Below, in pieces: positions 41,045-51,881 of a DNA stretch of 64,000 nt. The stretch lies in the IMG/VR virus record IMGVR_UViG_3300028603_000019, positions 131,877-195,876 of that record. One strand, written 5' to 3'. Each line of letters opens with the position of its first letter. The stretch's first letter is position 1. The notes under the pieces are model-generated. The model was not told the origin of the DNA, did not search any database, and saw nothing but the letters and a program-made list of their open reading frames with translations. The position numbers and the translations under genes are program-made. Source of the stretch: a virus (lineage: Duplodnaviria; Heunggongvirae; Uroviricota; Caudoviricetes).

Positions 41045-43983
41045 GTGTGGTATCCTGAATTTTGTCTATAATACCAACCAGTAGGTACTATAAGTTGTGA
41101 TAACACCCAGGTGCTTTGACCGGGCATTGTAAGGTGCCAATTGGTACCGTCACTCGATATAAATGTTGACCCACCACAATGAATACTAAGTTGAATCGAT
41201 CTCCCGGTAGTATTTTGATAAACAGTATTTTCTAATCTATTTAGAGTCATGTCCTGCCACGTCTGGTCCTCGCCAATTGGGGCCATGCAAACCCAGTCAG
41301 TCCAGTCACCGTCAGCAAACCGGCGTTCCCATGCTCGAGAGTTGGGTGCCGCACGGGAGTGCACCCGTTGCAGACAGGAGTTGTCTAAACCCCGGACCAC
41401 CTCAAGCAGGCCCCGATTAGAAATCGCCGGGGGGGGTGTTCCCGCCACGCCGACGCTATAAGCATAAACCCCGGACGGCAGGTTGATCGTGTCCCACCCG
41501 TCCGGCAGGTCGGAGATGCTTTGGGGATCGCCCGTCAGACCCCAGCCTGTCGTGCGGATGGCTTGATGCACACGAATAGGTGTCATGACCGTAGTATTAT
41601 CTGTGCCGTCTGTCGCCTGACTCGGAGACGAGACAGATATTGAAATTGTCCTGTTGGTCGATAGATTTCCGCCACCAGTCAGTCCCGTTCCAGTGCTAAT
41701 ATTCCTCGAGGTTCTAACGACAGTGTTGTCAACGGAAAAGAGCATGGTTCCCGGATTACCATCCAGTAATCCGGGAACATTCTGCATACCGTCACCACCC
41801 CGAAGAATATATTTGGCGACGGATCCTCCTGTCGATTCTTGATAAAAGAAGCCGGATACGTTAGAAGCATTGTGCAATAGAAGTGCTTGACCAGTTAATC
41901 TGAGTGTCCTATTGGTGGTTAGGTTTCCGCCTCCAGTAAGACCATTATTGGTGCTGATAGTCCTTGAAGTATATACTCCGTTTGTGACGGTATTTGCATT
42001 GCCATCGATGGAACCAGATATTGTGCTGGAAAAAGTCTTGGTGCCACCAATTGTCTGATTACCTGATGTGTAGACACCGTTGGTAACTGTTCCAGCATTT
42101 CCAGAAACTGATCCGTTAATTGTATTGGAAAAAGTCTTGGTGCCACCAATGGTCTGGTTGCCGGAAGTGGATACCACCGTATTCGGTAATCTGGCAGCAG
42201 CGATGGTTCCCGAATCTATACTCGAAGCATTCAGATTTATGATACCAGAACCGTCCCCGACAGCAGAACCTGCCCAACCGATTCCAGACAGAGTGACCGA
42301 AAATCTATTAATAAACGATGATCCGCTGGAGTGAGCCCTAATTGCAAATCCTGATTGAGCGATGTCAGTATCCAGATACAGATTTGCCCATCCGTTATTT
42401 GCGGTTCGTGTTGTCAACAAAATTGTCGGGTAATTACCAGCGCGGCCACCTATCCCAATTTCTCCCAGGTCTCCACCGATATTAATTCTATTCGTGAAAC
42501 TCTTGTTTCCACCGATGGTCTGGTTACCTGAAGTGTAAACTCCATCAGTGACGGTATTTGCGTTGCCGTTTATGGAACCGGAAATTGTAGAATTGAAGGT
42601 CTTGGTTCCAGCAAAGGTCTGATTGCCGGTAGTTACAATTCCTGCAAGGGATGCCGTCGCACCGCCTATGGCAGCGTCTGAACCCGTCGATGATGTAATC
42701 GTTACTGTTGTTCCAGAAACCGATGCCCCCAGGTTGGTATTTGCAGCACTGATAGTCCAAGTCCTATTTGAGGTCAGATTCACCGCATCTGACCCAGCTC
42801 CCCCTATTGTAACATTTTGACCCGGTTGGATTCTCAGAGTCCTATCGGCCCGAACTGCATTCCCCGTTGTCGTTCCCTGGTTACCCAACGTGATCTGTCC
42901 GGAAAAATCAGCTGAATTGGTATATAGAGTTCCCCACCTTGCGGAACTCTCACCTAGGTCTTGAATTCCCGTGATATTCGGAACCACGTCACCGACGATC
43001 CTTGAGCCGCTGAACATTTCGAGACTTTCGAATACTCGAAGTCTTTCTATGTCCGATTCCGAAGATGTAAAACTGGAATTTCCGGATATGACAAGGTCGC
43101 CGTCAATAAAAACCGTATCCTCGAATCTCGTAGGAACGGTAAAGAAGGTATTTCCGCTGAATGTTGTATTTGAACTATATTCAATGGTTCCCGTGAAACT
43201 CTTGTTCCCCCCAATGGTCTGGTTCCCCTCGGTCAACACAAAATCGGCATCGGAACCGACATTGGGAATATTGTATGTCCTTGAGACGTTCGCTGTATAT
43301 TGAAGTGATGCCCCATTCGTCTGGGAGCCTATTATTATCGTGTTGGCCACTTGAAGGATTCCATTGACCTTGGCAATGTCACCATCAAAAGTGGTATTAG
43401 CCCCGAAAGATACGATACCGTTGAAATTAGCTGCTCTATTGAATATGGCATCTGAATGAACAACTAGGGTACCACCTGAGGTTGCTCCTAATTCAAAGAA
43501 ATTTGAATTCCACGACACGGAAGAGATATTGAAGTTTGCCTCTGCCGAATTGGCGGTCAATATATTTGATGTCACTCTCCAGTTATTATTGGTGAAATTC
43601 GTGTCGTTGGTTGGGGAGTTTATAATGAATTCACTGGTAAATACCGAAGGAGATTGGACTTGAAAAGAGTCAACTGATCCGTGGACATGAATATTTGTCG
43701 CAGAAGAAAATTCCACGTTTCCAGTGACAGAAAGTGTCGCTGGAATGCTGACAGTTCCACCCCGGAGATGATCAGGAACTGCAATGATGTCAGCAGATAG
43801 GACCCCATCGAGATGGGTATTTCCTGAAGTCTCACCACCATTGGTATTATTTGGCTGAGGAACAGATGCAGCAGTTAGCACGACTGTTCCCATGTCATAG
43901 ACCATCTGGTTAGTTCGGGAAAGCCATTGAGCAAAAGTGTCTGTTGTTTCTACGTTTGCACCAATATATGAAGTTTTTGCCAT
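41026..43983 (-). CDS. Long tail fibre protein
   Basis: TDTFAQWLSRTN N-terminus; repeated GNQTIGGxKxF and GLTGGGNL; C-terminal GEDQTWQDMT..YQNTTGRSI. Confidence 0.85.
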   Translation of the reverse strand: MAKTSYIGANVETTDTFAQWLSRTNQMVYDMGTVVLTAASVPQPNNTNGGETSGNTHLDGVLSADIIAVPDHLRGGTVSIPATLSVTGNVEFSSATNIHVHGSVDSFQVQSPSVFTSEFIINSPTNDTNFTNNNWRVTSNILTANSAEANFNISSVSWNSNFFELGATSGGTLVVHSDAIFNRAANFNGIVSFGANTTFDGDIAKVNGILQVANTIIIGSQTNGASLQYTANVSRTYNIPNVGSDADFVLTEGNQTIGGNKSFTGTIEYSSNTTFSGNTFFTVPTRFEDTVFIDGDLVISGNSSFTSSESDIERLRVFESLEMFSGSRIVGDVVPNITGIQDLGESSARWGTLYTNSADFSGQITLGNQGTTTGNAVRADRTLRIQPGQNVTIGGAGSDAVNLTSNRTWTISAANTNLGASVSGTTVTITSSTGSDAAIGGATASLAGIVTTGNQTFAGTKTFNSTISGSINGNANTVTDGVYTSGNQTIGGNKSFTNRINIGGDLGEIGIGGRAGNYPTILLTTRTANNGWANLYLDTDIAQSGFAIRAHSSGSSFINRFSVTLSGIGWAGSAVGDGSGIINLNASSIDSGTIAAARLPNTVVSTSGNQTIGGTKTFSNTINGSVSGNAGTVTNGVYTSGNQTIGGTKTFSSTISGSIDGNANTVTNGVYTSRTISTNNGLTGGGNLTTNRTLRLTGQALLLHNASNVSGFFYQESTGGSVAKYILRGGDGMQNVPGLLDGNPGTMLFSVDNTVVRTSRNISTGTGLTGGGNLSTNRTISISVSSPSQATDGTDNTTVMTPIRVHQAIRTTGWGLTGDPQSISDLPDGWDTINLPSGVYAYSVGVAGTPPPAISNRGLLEVVRGLDNSCLQRVHSRAAPNSRAWERRFADGDWTDWVCMAPIGEDQTWQDMTLNRLENTVYQNTTGRSIQLSIHCGGSTFISSDGTNWHLTMPGQSTWVLSQLIVPTGWYYRQNSGYHTWLELR

Positions 43984-43984
43984 C

Positions 43985-44194
43985 TCAGTCCTTGTTCTGA
44001 TCTTTCACCACAGAAAGAAGAAATTTGACCTTTTCTTCCAATTCTTCAATCTTATATCTGAGCTTATTTAGTTCAGCACTGTGTTTTTTTTGCGCCTTGA
44101 ACGAAACAAGGTTGGCCAAGTCGGTATTCAAGAGAGCACCTGATCTGGGATCTTTGATCAGATGCTCCCTTTCAGTTTTCATGGGTCCCGTCAT
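43985..44194 (-). CDS. Small hypothetical protein
   Basis: LIKDPRSGALLNTD motif; operonic. Confidence 0.7.
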   Translation of the reverse strand: MTGPMKTEREHLIKDPRSGALLNTDLANLVSFKAQKKHSAELNKLRYKIEELEEKVKFLLSVVKDQNKD

Positions 44195-47100
44195 GTAAGT
44201 GCGATCGCTCTCATGTCCTTGATCCGTGGTATCCGGTGTTGACCAGAACTATTTAGGAGAATTTTAACTGCAAAGTATTTGAAGTTTGTATATACTACAC
44301 CATCCGGGGATGTATAGGTGAAGTCTGTCCCAGACGCGAGGTATGCACCATTCCCATTCCCGGGATTAATCGTTCCGATTTCATACTCAAATTCTCTAAA
44401 GTCAAACCTATTTGCTGTTGTGGAAATGTGATTGGTATTGCCCTTCACGATCAATCTAGTCCAAGGCATGTTTTCAGTTGGGGTAGGATCGGTCTCAGCC
44501 TTGAATTTCGCATAAACGGTGATATCCGAGCCAGACGGCCGATATGCGGTCAACCAGATCTGAAAATCTTCCGCGTCAAATCCATCGGCAAGTTCCACGA
44601 CCCGTGATAAATATTTAGATTGAGAAAGACCCGTCGAAAATTGCTCTGAATCAAGGATATCTGTATTTGCGGCATTGATAAAATATTCGAAGGCCATCAT
44701 CGAGGAAATGCTATGGTCGATAATCGGAGAAGTTTGCTGTGAGTTGGATCGCATCTGAACGGCAATCTCAAATGATCTTGCACCACCGGTGGCAATCTCA
44801 TTACTACGACTGCGTATCAAAGTGCTCTGAGTGAAGTAATGGTTGTTGTTGAATGCCATTCTCACATTTGAGGATCCGTAATTGGCGTTTCCATTCCACA
44901 ATCTCGGTGCGATCAAGTCAGTTGATGTTCGGGTAAAATTGGATCGGTATATGTTTGGCTGGATATATGAAATTGGCAGATCCAGAACACGTTCGATTTC
45001 TGCGGTTGCGCCATCCTCACTACGAATTGTGTTTCCGTCTTCAAATCTCATGTTTGCCCGAGCGGTCGAATCTTCCAGATATAGTCTCATCGGAGACATT
45101 GGATTAAAATAGTCCACTGTTCCTGTTGAAGTAACAAAGTAATTTGAAATGGAATTGTTACTCAAGAATGGAGCTGGTTCAATTGTCATGATTGTATTAT
45201 TGGCAATGTTGACCACTTCTCCTGTCTGGAATATATTAGTTCCGGTCTGAAAGGCCAACATGTCTCCAACAGTCAAGTAAGAGTTAAATGTTGTGCCTGT
45301 ACCTACCACAACATTATTTCCGCTCTGAACGGCAATCGTTCCTGGCCCATCTGTATTCTGAATAAATACAGTATCTCCTGATTTGAAATCTCCTGAATAC
45401 GACTCCAGAGATATAAACTCATGATCTCTATTTGTAAGGTTTAGGGTGCGGGTCTGTGAACTGAAGTTTGCGCGACGTAGAACAAACTTCATATCTTCGT
45501 CCTGATATGCTGTCCAAGCTTTGTTATTTGTCGATGTGAACAGGACACCGGCGTTGGAGTCTTGGGAGATCCGCAAACCGGTTCTCAGATCTGTTCCACC
45601 CGTGCGGGCCAGCCAGATACGATAATCCGGATCATTACCATCTGGAATTACCACGATACAATATTCATTGCCCGTGGATAGTGCAACCGGAGCCCTGAAC
45701 GTAAATCTTGTAGCCGCGGAACCGTTGGCTGATATGTTGACCTGGTTGGACTCAAGGCGAACCTCAGAAAAAGGAATCACCTTTGACCCCGGATATCCAT
45801 TTTCTGTGTTTCGGATTTGGACCGTAACACCAACACTCGGACTCTTCCTTTCGAAGAACAGATCCACTGAGGTGGCCATAACGGCATTGTCAGTGCTATA
45901 ATCTTCCTCTACGAAGAACGTTTGTGCAATGGGATCCGCTCCCCCTCCACCCCCTCCACCCGGGTCGCCACCAGAGGCACCGCTTCCTCCTTCGGGTGTC
46001 CAAGGTGGTGGAATGAACTCTTGAGTGATATTGGTCGTTACCATTGAGGTCGCTTCAATCTTGGGCTGCCTCGTAGTAATTTCCATACCGGTTTTTTCGA
46101 TGGAGAAATTATAGCTACGATAGGTTGATTTGGCTGTAGTCACCGCGGCAGGTAAATCCTCAAGTCGAGCTACATCCGCGATTACAAGGTCACGATCACC
46201 AACATAGAAGGTGTTATCGGGACTTCTGAAAATCGCGTGTACACTACCACGGCTATTTGTTCTTATGGGTGCACCGAACGGTCCAGTCGCGATAACATAT
46301 CTCCGGAATCTCCAACCTGGCGGGGTCTCGGTGTCGCCCGCATCTTTTGCTGGTCTTACATATTCATCTACATTTATCCCATCGAAGAAGAAGTGAACCC
46401 TCGTGTTCGGTCTCATTCCATGAGAAATAATTTCAATTCTCCGTCCTTTCATAAACGGCTGAAATTGAATGTCGGTGATAAAGTCACCGACCTGTTGGGT
46501 CGAAGATTTTGATGATGTTGACAAAGTGGTCGTGGTAGTCGTAGTGGTCGTGGTAGTCGTCAATCCTCGTGTGACCACATCCGTATCTACGGAAGTGAGG
46601 GGTGTGAACTCCTGGAGTCGGTCTGTGAATTCGGCAAACGGTGTGGCTAGATCCACTTCCAGTGATATTGAAGGTGCCCTTGATGTATCCGGCAGTCCGT
46701 CATATTCTGGGTTGATAAACATTGTGCCATTAAAATTGTAATAGTTGGTGACGCAGTTTCGGAAGGTCGTTGCATAAGGCTGATTGATCATCGCTACCTG
46801 TGAATATGGAAGAGTAGATCCTTCTGGTTCCGTGCTCATGATTTGGGTATTGGAAACCCTGAGACCAAGACCATAGGATCGAAACGCCGGCGACAACTCC
46901 TTATAAGATGGGTCAACGGAGGCATTGAAGTCATCATTGTTAATATCAGCAATCAACAGATTCTCAAAATTATCGACCAAGATACCGTTCTTAAATCTGT
47001 TTAGACCATCTGCTCCGATTATTACCATGTCTTCCGCGGACTTTTCCAGTGCATTCAATACAGCATAGTATTCCATCTTTTCCACGCGCTTTTCAATCTT

Positions 47101-49719
47101 GCCGATATCACGCATTGTATATCGCTTGTTATCCTCACGCGCAAAGGTCACGGCATATTGAGGCTTCTTCTGGCGATTAGCGATGCCCGCCGGAAGAGAC
47201 GGAAATGGGGGAATAAAAATTGTTGCTAGAGACATGCCCCTCTTTGGGGCATTTGGAACCGTCGGTTCCTCGGATGGAACACCTTGAATATTTACAAAAT
47301 CTCCCTTCTCGTTGATAAACAGGCGATCCATTCTGGCCAGATAATATGAATATGCTGCTTCTAGTGACTGATTCGGTGCAATGAGATTATGTTCCTCACT
47401 TCCGAAAGAAAGATTATCTAACCTATTATTGTTTGACCATATGGTTGCGGTACCGGCAGCCTCGGAGTAGGCTGCCGTATTTGCTGCGTATGGCCTGAAG
47501 TCGATCATATTACGGAGATCACCAAGGATATTTTCCGTTCGAATTTCATCGTCTCCGATTACCGTATCAACGTCATTAACAGGATAACTATTTACTGAGA
47601 AGAACGCTTGGGCATATTGTCCGTTTGTTTCCTTCTCAAAGACCTTTGCTTTTACCAGAAATCTCTGATTGGTCTGAATCGTGATATTCTTACGCTTCAG
47701 AAAGCCGATTCCGTAGAATGTGTCGTTGATATTTCTGTCCAATGTGAAATTTGTAGTGACGTTTGTGACGCCAGCATCGGTCTCGGTGAATGAGGTATTA
47801 GCTCCCCTCCAAACTCCTTCGATGGAATGAATATCTGGCCAACCAAGAAAATAGGGGCCCGACGTGTTTGCGGATGGATCAATTCTCATATATACCGTCT
47901 TGAGAACTTTTCCGGTGGGCTTGGCATTATTTCGCTTGATATTATATGTCACGTCAATGGGCGTTCCGGCCGATACACTCACTCCAGTATTCACGATCAG
48001 GGTGGAGGCATCACTAGAAGTTGTCGCCGAGGACACGGTTTGAATTCCACCGTTGGCAGAATATGATATCGTAATTTCAGATCTCTGGTCCGAGTTTAAT
48101 GTTGCGGAAGCACCATAAGGAAACGTGTCACCAGACGGGAGGGATATGGAAAATCCCCCAGCCGAATTGGCCGTTGTCATCTCCGTTTTGCGGAACACAT
48201 AATCTGTTCCGTCAGTTTCAACCGATCGAATCGCTTCCTTACCAATGGGAAATACCAAACTCCGGAATGATCCATCACGGAGAATACTTGGAGAACGGAT
48301 GATATTTCCGAACGCCACATTGGTATTGTAAATGATTGATCGGACTTTGTTGAAGTTTTCTCCTGGTTCTAGAGTAACGTTAAATATGTATATCCGAAAC
48401 CTGTTCGAATTGGGGTGGGGTGTGACCATACTAACATTAGCTTCTCCGATTTTATTTCCTACCGAAGAGAACCCACTTCCGGTCGTCGAGGCTGTTTGTT
48501 CGTCGTCATACAGGTCAATTTTCGGCATCTTACCGAAGTCAATTGTACCTCGCATGTCGCCGATTACAAGATAATTTCCGTAGTTGGCAATGATATCCTG
48601 CTGCTCGACTTCCGCATAATCGGTAGCCTTGGGAATGTCCACGTCCAGGGTTCCCACCAACTCGACACGGTGACCTTCGACATAGGCAACACCCGGAGAC
48701 ACAAACGCCGATAGGTTCTCGGGATCAATGACCCCTTCCGAATCCCGCTTCTCGCCAATTCGGATATCAAAGTTTCCGATGCTATAGTTGCCAGACTCTT
48801 CTGAAGTCCTTTGCTCCATCATCTTGTTGATCAGATTATATTGCGTTGTCACATTTCGGCGAATAAGGCGACCGCTCTGATATTCCTGGATGGCAAAGAA
48901 GGACTCGTCCGCTTCTGCCTGCACTTCTTGGAGGGTTACCAATCTCGGAATCAACTGAAGTCGATCGGCACCTGGTGCCGCGTGGTTGTTGAAGCCCTGG
49001 GCATTATCCAGAAGGGAAGTATCGGAGGATGAATTGATGATATTTTCTTCGGTCCGAAAGCCGACCACAACTCCGTCCGGAGCTGTATTATACTTGGAAA
49101 CAATCGTGATCTGATCTTCAAAGCGAATGAAATATCCCTTCTGGAAGATGATACCGTCGCCGCAACGGACAGCATATCCATTGCCCACTGGCTCGGGATC
49201 AATAGCAGACGACACCACTGAAACACGAAGATCTGGTTGGGATACCTCATTAATGGTGAATTCCAAGATTTCACCCGGCAAAAATTGTTTGATATCATTT
49301 CCGAAACCATCGACTCCGGTGCTTAGATATTTGATATACAGGGTATTCAGATCGGGAACCTGCGATTCCAGACCAGGCGCGGTCGTGACAACAATGGCCG
49401 TGATCCCGGTAGATTGTCCGACGATCCGGGCCCCCTCATAATTACCCATGATCACTGGCTGGTTGTTGGTATTCTGATCCCGAATTTTCACATATGGAAG
49501 ACGACGAATATCCGTGAAGTTTCCGCCTTTGACAATGGAACCTTCATGAATTATGTTTTCCCCAAACCGTTCAACCTGGCTCTGAAGAATGGTCTGAAGT
49601 TGTGTGAGCTCACGTGCCTGGACGGCTACAGAGGGTTTGAACAAGACCTGGTGAAAGTTCTTGTCTTCATCATAGTCATCAAAATATGGGCTAACATTCA
49701 GGTCGGTGTTGATTGCCAC
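44191..49719 (-). CDS. Large virion structural protein (DUF4815 / VrlC-like)
   Basis: PYFDDYD...VLFKP..VQARELTQLQ, APGADRL, RTSEESGNY, FKNGILVDNF. Confidence 0.88.
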   Translation of the reverse strand: MAINTDLNVSPYFDDYDEDKNFHQVLFKPSVAVQARELTQLQTILQSQVERFGENIIHEGSIVKGGNFTDIRRLPYVKIRDQNTNNQPVIMGNYEGARIVGQSTGITAIVVTTAPGLESQVPDLNTLYIKYLSTGVDGFGNDIKQFLPGEILEFTINEVSQPDLRVSVVSSAIDPEPVGNGYAVRCGDGIIFQKGYFIRFEDQITIVSKYNTAPDGVVVGFRTEENIINSSSDTSLLDNAQGFNNHAAPGADRLQLIPRLVTLQEVQAEADESFFAIQEYQSGRLIRRNVTTQYNLINKMMEQRTSEESGNYSIGNFDIRIGEKRDSEGVIDPENLSAFVSPGVAYVEGHRVELVGTLDVDIPKATDYAEVEQQDIIANYGNYLVIGDMRGTIDFGKMPKIDLYDDEQTASTTGSGFSSVGNKIGEANVSMVTPHPNSNRFRIYIFNVTLEPGENFNKVRSIIYNTNVAFGNIIRSPSILRDGSFRSLVFPIGKEAIRSVETDGTDYVFRKTEMTTANSAGGFSISLPSGDTFPYGASATLNSDQRSEITISYSANGGIQTVSSATTSSDASTLIVNTGVSVSAGTPIDVTYNIKRNNAKPTGKVLKTVYMRIDPSANTSGPYFLGWPDIHSIEGVWRGANTSFTETDAGVTNVTTNFTLDRNINDTFYGIGFLKRKNITIQTNQRFLVKAKVFEKETNGQYAQAFFSVNSYPVNDVDTVIGDDEIRTENILGDLRNMIDFRPYAANTAAYSEAAGTATIWSNNNRLDNLSFGSEEHNLIAPNQSLEAAYSYYLARMDRLFINEKGDFVNIQGVPSEEPTVPNAPKRGMSLATIFIPPFPSLPAGIANRQKKPQYAVTFAREDNKRYTMRDIGKIEKRVEKMEYYAVLNALEKSAEDMVIIGADGLNRFKNGILVDNFENLLIADINNDDFNASVDPSYKELSPAFRSYGLGLRVSNTQIMSTEPEGSTLPYSQVAMINQPYATTFRNCVTNYYNFNGTMFINPEYDGLPDTSRAPSISLEVDLATPFAEFTDRLQEFTPLTSVDTDVVTRGLTTTTTTTTTTTTLSTSSKSSTQQVGDFITDIQFQPFMKGRRIEIISHGMRPNTRVHFFFDGINVDEYVRPAKDAGDTETPPGWRFRRYVIATGPFGAPIRTNSRGSVHAIFRSPDNTFYVGDRDLVIADVARLEDLPAAVTTAKSTYRSYNFSIEKTGMEITTRQPKIEATSMVTTNITQEFIPPPWTPEGGSGASGGDPGGGGGGGADPIAQTFFVEEDYSTDNAVMATSVDLFFERKSPSVGVTVQIRNTENGYPGSKVIPFSEVRLESNQVNISANGSAATRFTFRAPVALSTGNEYCIVVIPDGNDPDYRIWLARTGGTDLRTGLRISQDSNAGVLFTSTNNKAWTAYQDEDMKFVLRRANFSSQTRTLNLTNRDHEFISLESYSGDFKSGDTVFIQNTDGPGTIAVQSGNNVVVGTGTTFNSYLTVGDMLAFQTGTNIFQTGEVVNIANNTIMTIEPAPFLSNNSISNYFVTSTGTVDYFNPMSPMRLYLEDSTARANMRFEDGNTIRSEDGATAEIERVLDLPISYIQPNIYRSNFTRTSTDLIAPRLWNGNANYGSSNVRMAFNNNHYFTQSTLIRSRSNEIATGGARSFEIAVQMRSNSQQTSPIIDHSISSMMAFEYFINAANTDILDSEQFSTGLSQSKYLSRVVELADGFDAEDFQIWLTAYRPSGSDITVYAKFKAETDPTPTENMPWTRLIVKGNTNHISTTANRFDFREFEYEIGTINPGNGNGAYLASGTDFTYTSPDGVVYTNFKYFAVKILLNSSGQHRIPRIKDMRAIALT

Positions 49720-49720
49720 T

Positions 49721-51877
49721 TTAGAACTCCAAAATCAGTTTGAGCCGTTCGGTCTGATCCGCGGCTCGGGTAATTGTCTCGGTATTTTCGGTGTATAGAA
49801 TCTGCCCACTAAATGGCATGATATCACCGTCCACTCTACCTGTTATTTTAGCCACGGCTCCACTTTCCGTTCCTATCATTTCACCGACGACGCCCGCAAT
49901 ATCATCGGAAATATTCCATATGCCTTTTACGCCTATCAGGTCGATCCTACTTGAGGATAAAGAATAGACATATCCAGTCGCGTCAGTAATCTCTTGAGTA
50001 ACCAATTCATCGTGCAGGAACCCGGTTCCCAATGGTCCCATGTTGGTTATCTCAACGGAAAATTTTATCCTCTGGTCCAATACATCAAAACTTCTGTCTA
50101 TGCTATTTATTACGGAAGACGTATTTCCATCCGAAGAAAATATCGGAGAACCCGTCTCAAAGAAACCTCTGATATTCCTGACGCGAAGTGTGTTCGCCTG
50201 CCTGTTTGAAACCTCTGCCGTGGCCCCGGTGCTTGGTTGATTTATGATATCCTCGTCGTTGAATATCAGAGAATTATCAGCGATTTCAAATTCTGCGTTG
50301 GCAAATCTCGGTTCCTTCAGGAGTCCCATACTCCTGTATCCATTCTGGACAGGTATCCTTCCGGTTTCATCGCCTTCAAAGGAAACTGAAACTCCTGCAT
50401 ATTTTGAATTCAATTCTGAACAGATATCACTGCCGTGACCACCGGGCGGAGATATGATAGGTCTCACGATGGCGCTCTCAGCATTCATTGACAGACCGGT
50501 GTCAACATCTATGATACCCGTATTTGACTGGATCAAGATGCTGGCATATGTATAGTCTTTTCCGGGGTCCACGATTTCAATAAATGAAATCGTGTTTCCC
50601 GTAGGATCAACGGTAGCAATCGCAGATGCCTGACCTGTCCCATCAGATCCTGTTCCGTCCCCGGAGAAGAACAGTCTTGGGCCAATTTCAAATCTGGAAG
50701 TGACATCCGGTAAAACACTGAATGCCTGTTCGATGAATACACGTCTTTCGTTGCCCGACACGATGTATTCCGTGATCGGCATCAATTGGCCAGCACCGGT
50801 TCCCGAGCGAATGTAGAAACTGGAATTCTTATAAAAATCAGTATTGGAAGATAGGGTAGGAGCATGATCCAATCTGTATTCAAGAATATTGGCCCGCGCT
50901 GTCAGTGGAGTTCCCGATACGGTATTGTCATCGGTCTGAAATACTGAAACCACGGAGTTGGACAGGAATACTCCGCTAGGAATGAGAACCCGAAGGATGC
51001 TTGTACCGATGATCGCATAGACAGTTCCCGAAACAGGGCTCCCATCAACTTCCCAGATGCTCCCCCCGGATAATCTGAAGAACACGCGCTTGTCTATCGG
51101 TGTCCCGTTGTGCTTCTGGATAAATTCCCCCTCTTGAAGAGAAATATCCAGTGTGTAGATCTGGATTTCATCGTCGGTCTGGAGAGAAATGATCCTAGGA
51201 TCTCCACCTATCATGGTCCCTCTCACTGAACCATAGGCATATGCATTGTAATCTTTCCCGGGTGTTTCGATACTGATGTAGTCAATGGTCCCGTTTGCCG
51301 CACTGTCTACAACTGCGGGGTCTATCATTATCGGGACATATTCAGAAGTCGCGAACTTCTCATATTCCTGTCTTGTCATTGTGCACATCAAGCGCCATAC
51401 ATAACCATCTGCGGTCCTGTAAAAATCATCACCGGGATATGTCTCTGATGACAGCGGTTGAGCAAATACTGGAGGAGTGTGGATAACTCCATCGAATGTA
51501 TCCACAGATGCATTGTAGATACACTTGAATATCGAAAACACGTCGCCCGGTTCTTCGGAAACGACGTAGTAATTTTTGTTGTACAGATCAGGATCCCGAT
51601 CATCATACATATCGTAAGTTTTACCGATTTTCCATGGAATATTTCTCACCATCCGAGAAATATCATCTGGCTGTATATTCTTGGCAAATATCATGAAACG
51701 CTGATAATCATAGGTGGAAATCACGGATTGTTTTGGAGTGTCAACGACCTCTTCCTCGAATGGTATCACCTTTGAGGTAAAAGCGTAGTATATCGTATTT
51801 GCGGTTTCGTCGATTGATTCCACGAATTGTGCCGCCATGTGTTCACGAAATCTCTCTGTGATTAGTGTATTTGTCAT
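49721..51877 (-). CDS. gp8: Baseplate wedge subunit
   Basis: W..GKTYDMYDD, NYYV, FKCIYN, DGYVWR, SPPGGHG. Confidence 0.85.
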   Translation of the reverse strand: MTNTLITERFREHMAAQFVESIDETANTIYYAFTSKVIPFEEEVVDTPKQSVISTYDYQRFMIFAKNIQPDDISRMVRNIPWKIGKTYDMYDDRDPDLYNKNYYVVSEEPGDVFSIFKCIYNASVDTFDGVIHTPPVFAQPLSSETYPGDDFYRTADGYVWRLMCTMTRQEYEKFATSEYVPIMIDPAVVDSAANGTIDYISIETPGKDYNAYAYGSVRGTMIGGDPRIISLQTDDEIQIYTLDISLQEGEFIQKHNGTPIDKRVFFRLSGGSIWEVDGSPVSGTVYAIIGTSILRVLIPSGVFLSNSVVSVFQTDDNTVSGTPLTARANILEYRLDHAPTLSSNTDFYKNSSFYIRSGTGAGQLMPITEYIVSGNERRVFIEQAFSVLPDVTSRFEIGPRLFFSGDGTGSDGTGQASAIATVDPTGNTISFIEIVDPGKDYTYASILIQSNTGIIDVDTGLSMNAESAIVRPIISPPGGHGSDICSELNSKYAGVSVSFEGDETGRIPVQNGYRSMGLLKEPRFANAEFEIADNSLIFNDEDIINQPSTGATAEVSNRQANTLRVRNIRGFFETGSPIFSSDGNTSSVINSIDRSFDVLDQRIKFSVEITNMGPLGTGFLHDELVTQEITDATGYVYSLSSSRIDLIGVKGIWNISDDIAGVVGEMIGTESGAVAKITGRVDGDIMPFSGQILYTENTETITRAADQTERLKLILEF

Positions 51878-51881
51878 GTCG

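Noticed and set aside
41026-43983. Diversity-generating retroelement acting on the tail fibre
   Set aside because: No reverse transcriptase and no TR/VR pair differing at adenines seen in the window.
45940-46560. Gly-run and Thr-run low-complexity stretches in the 1842-aa protein
   Set aside because: Ordinary flexible linkers in this structural protein family; no sign of a separate element.
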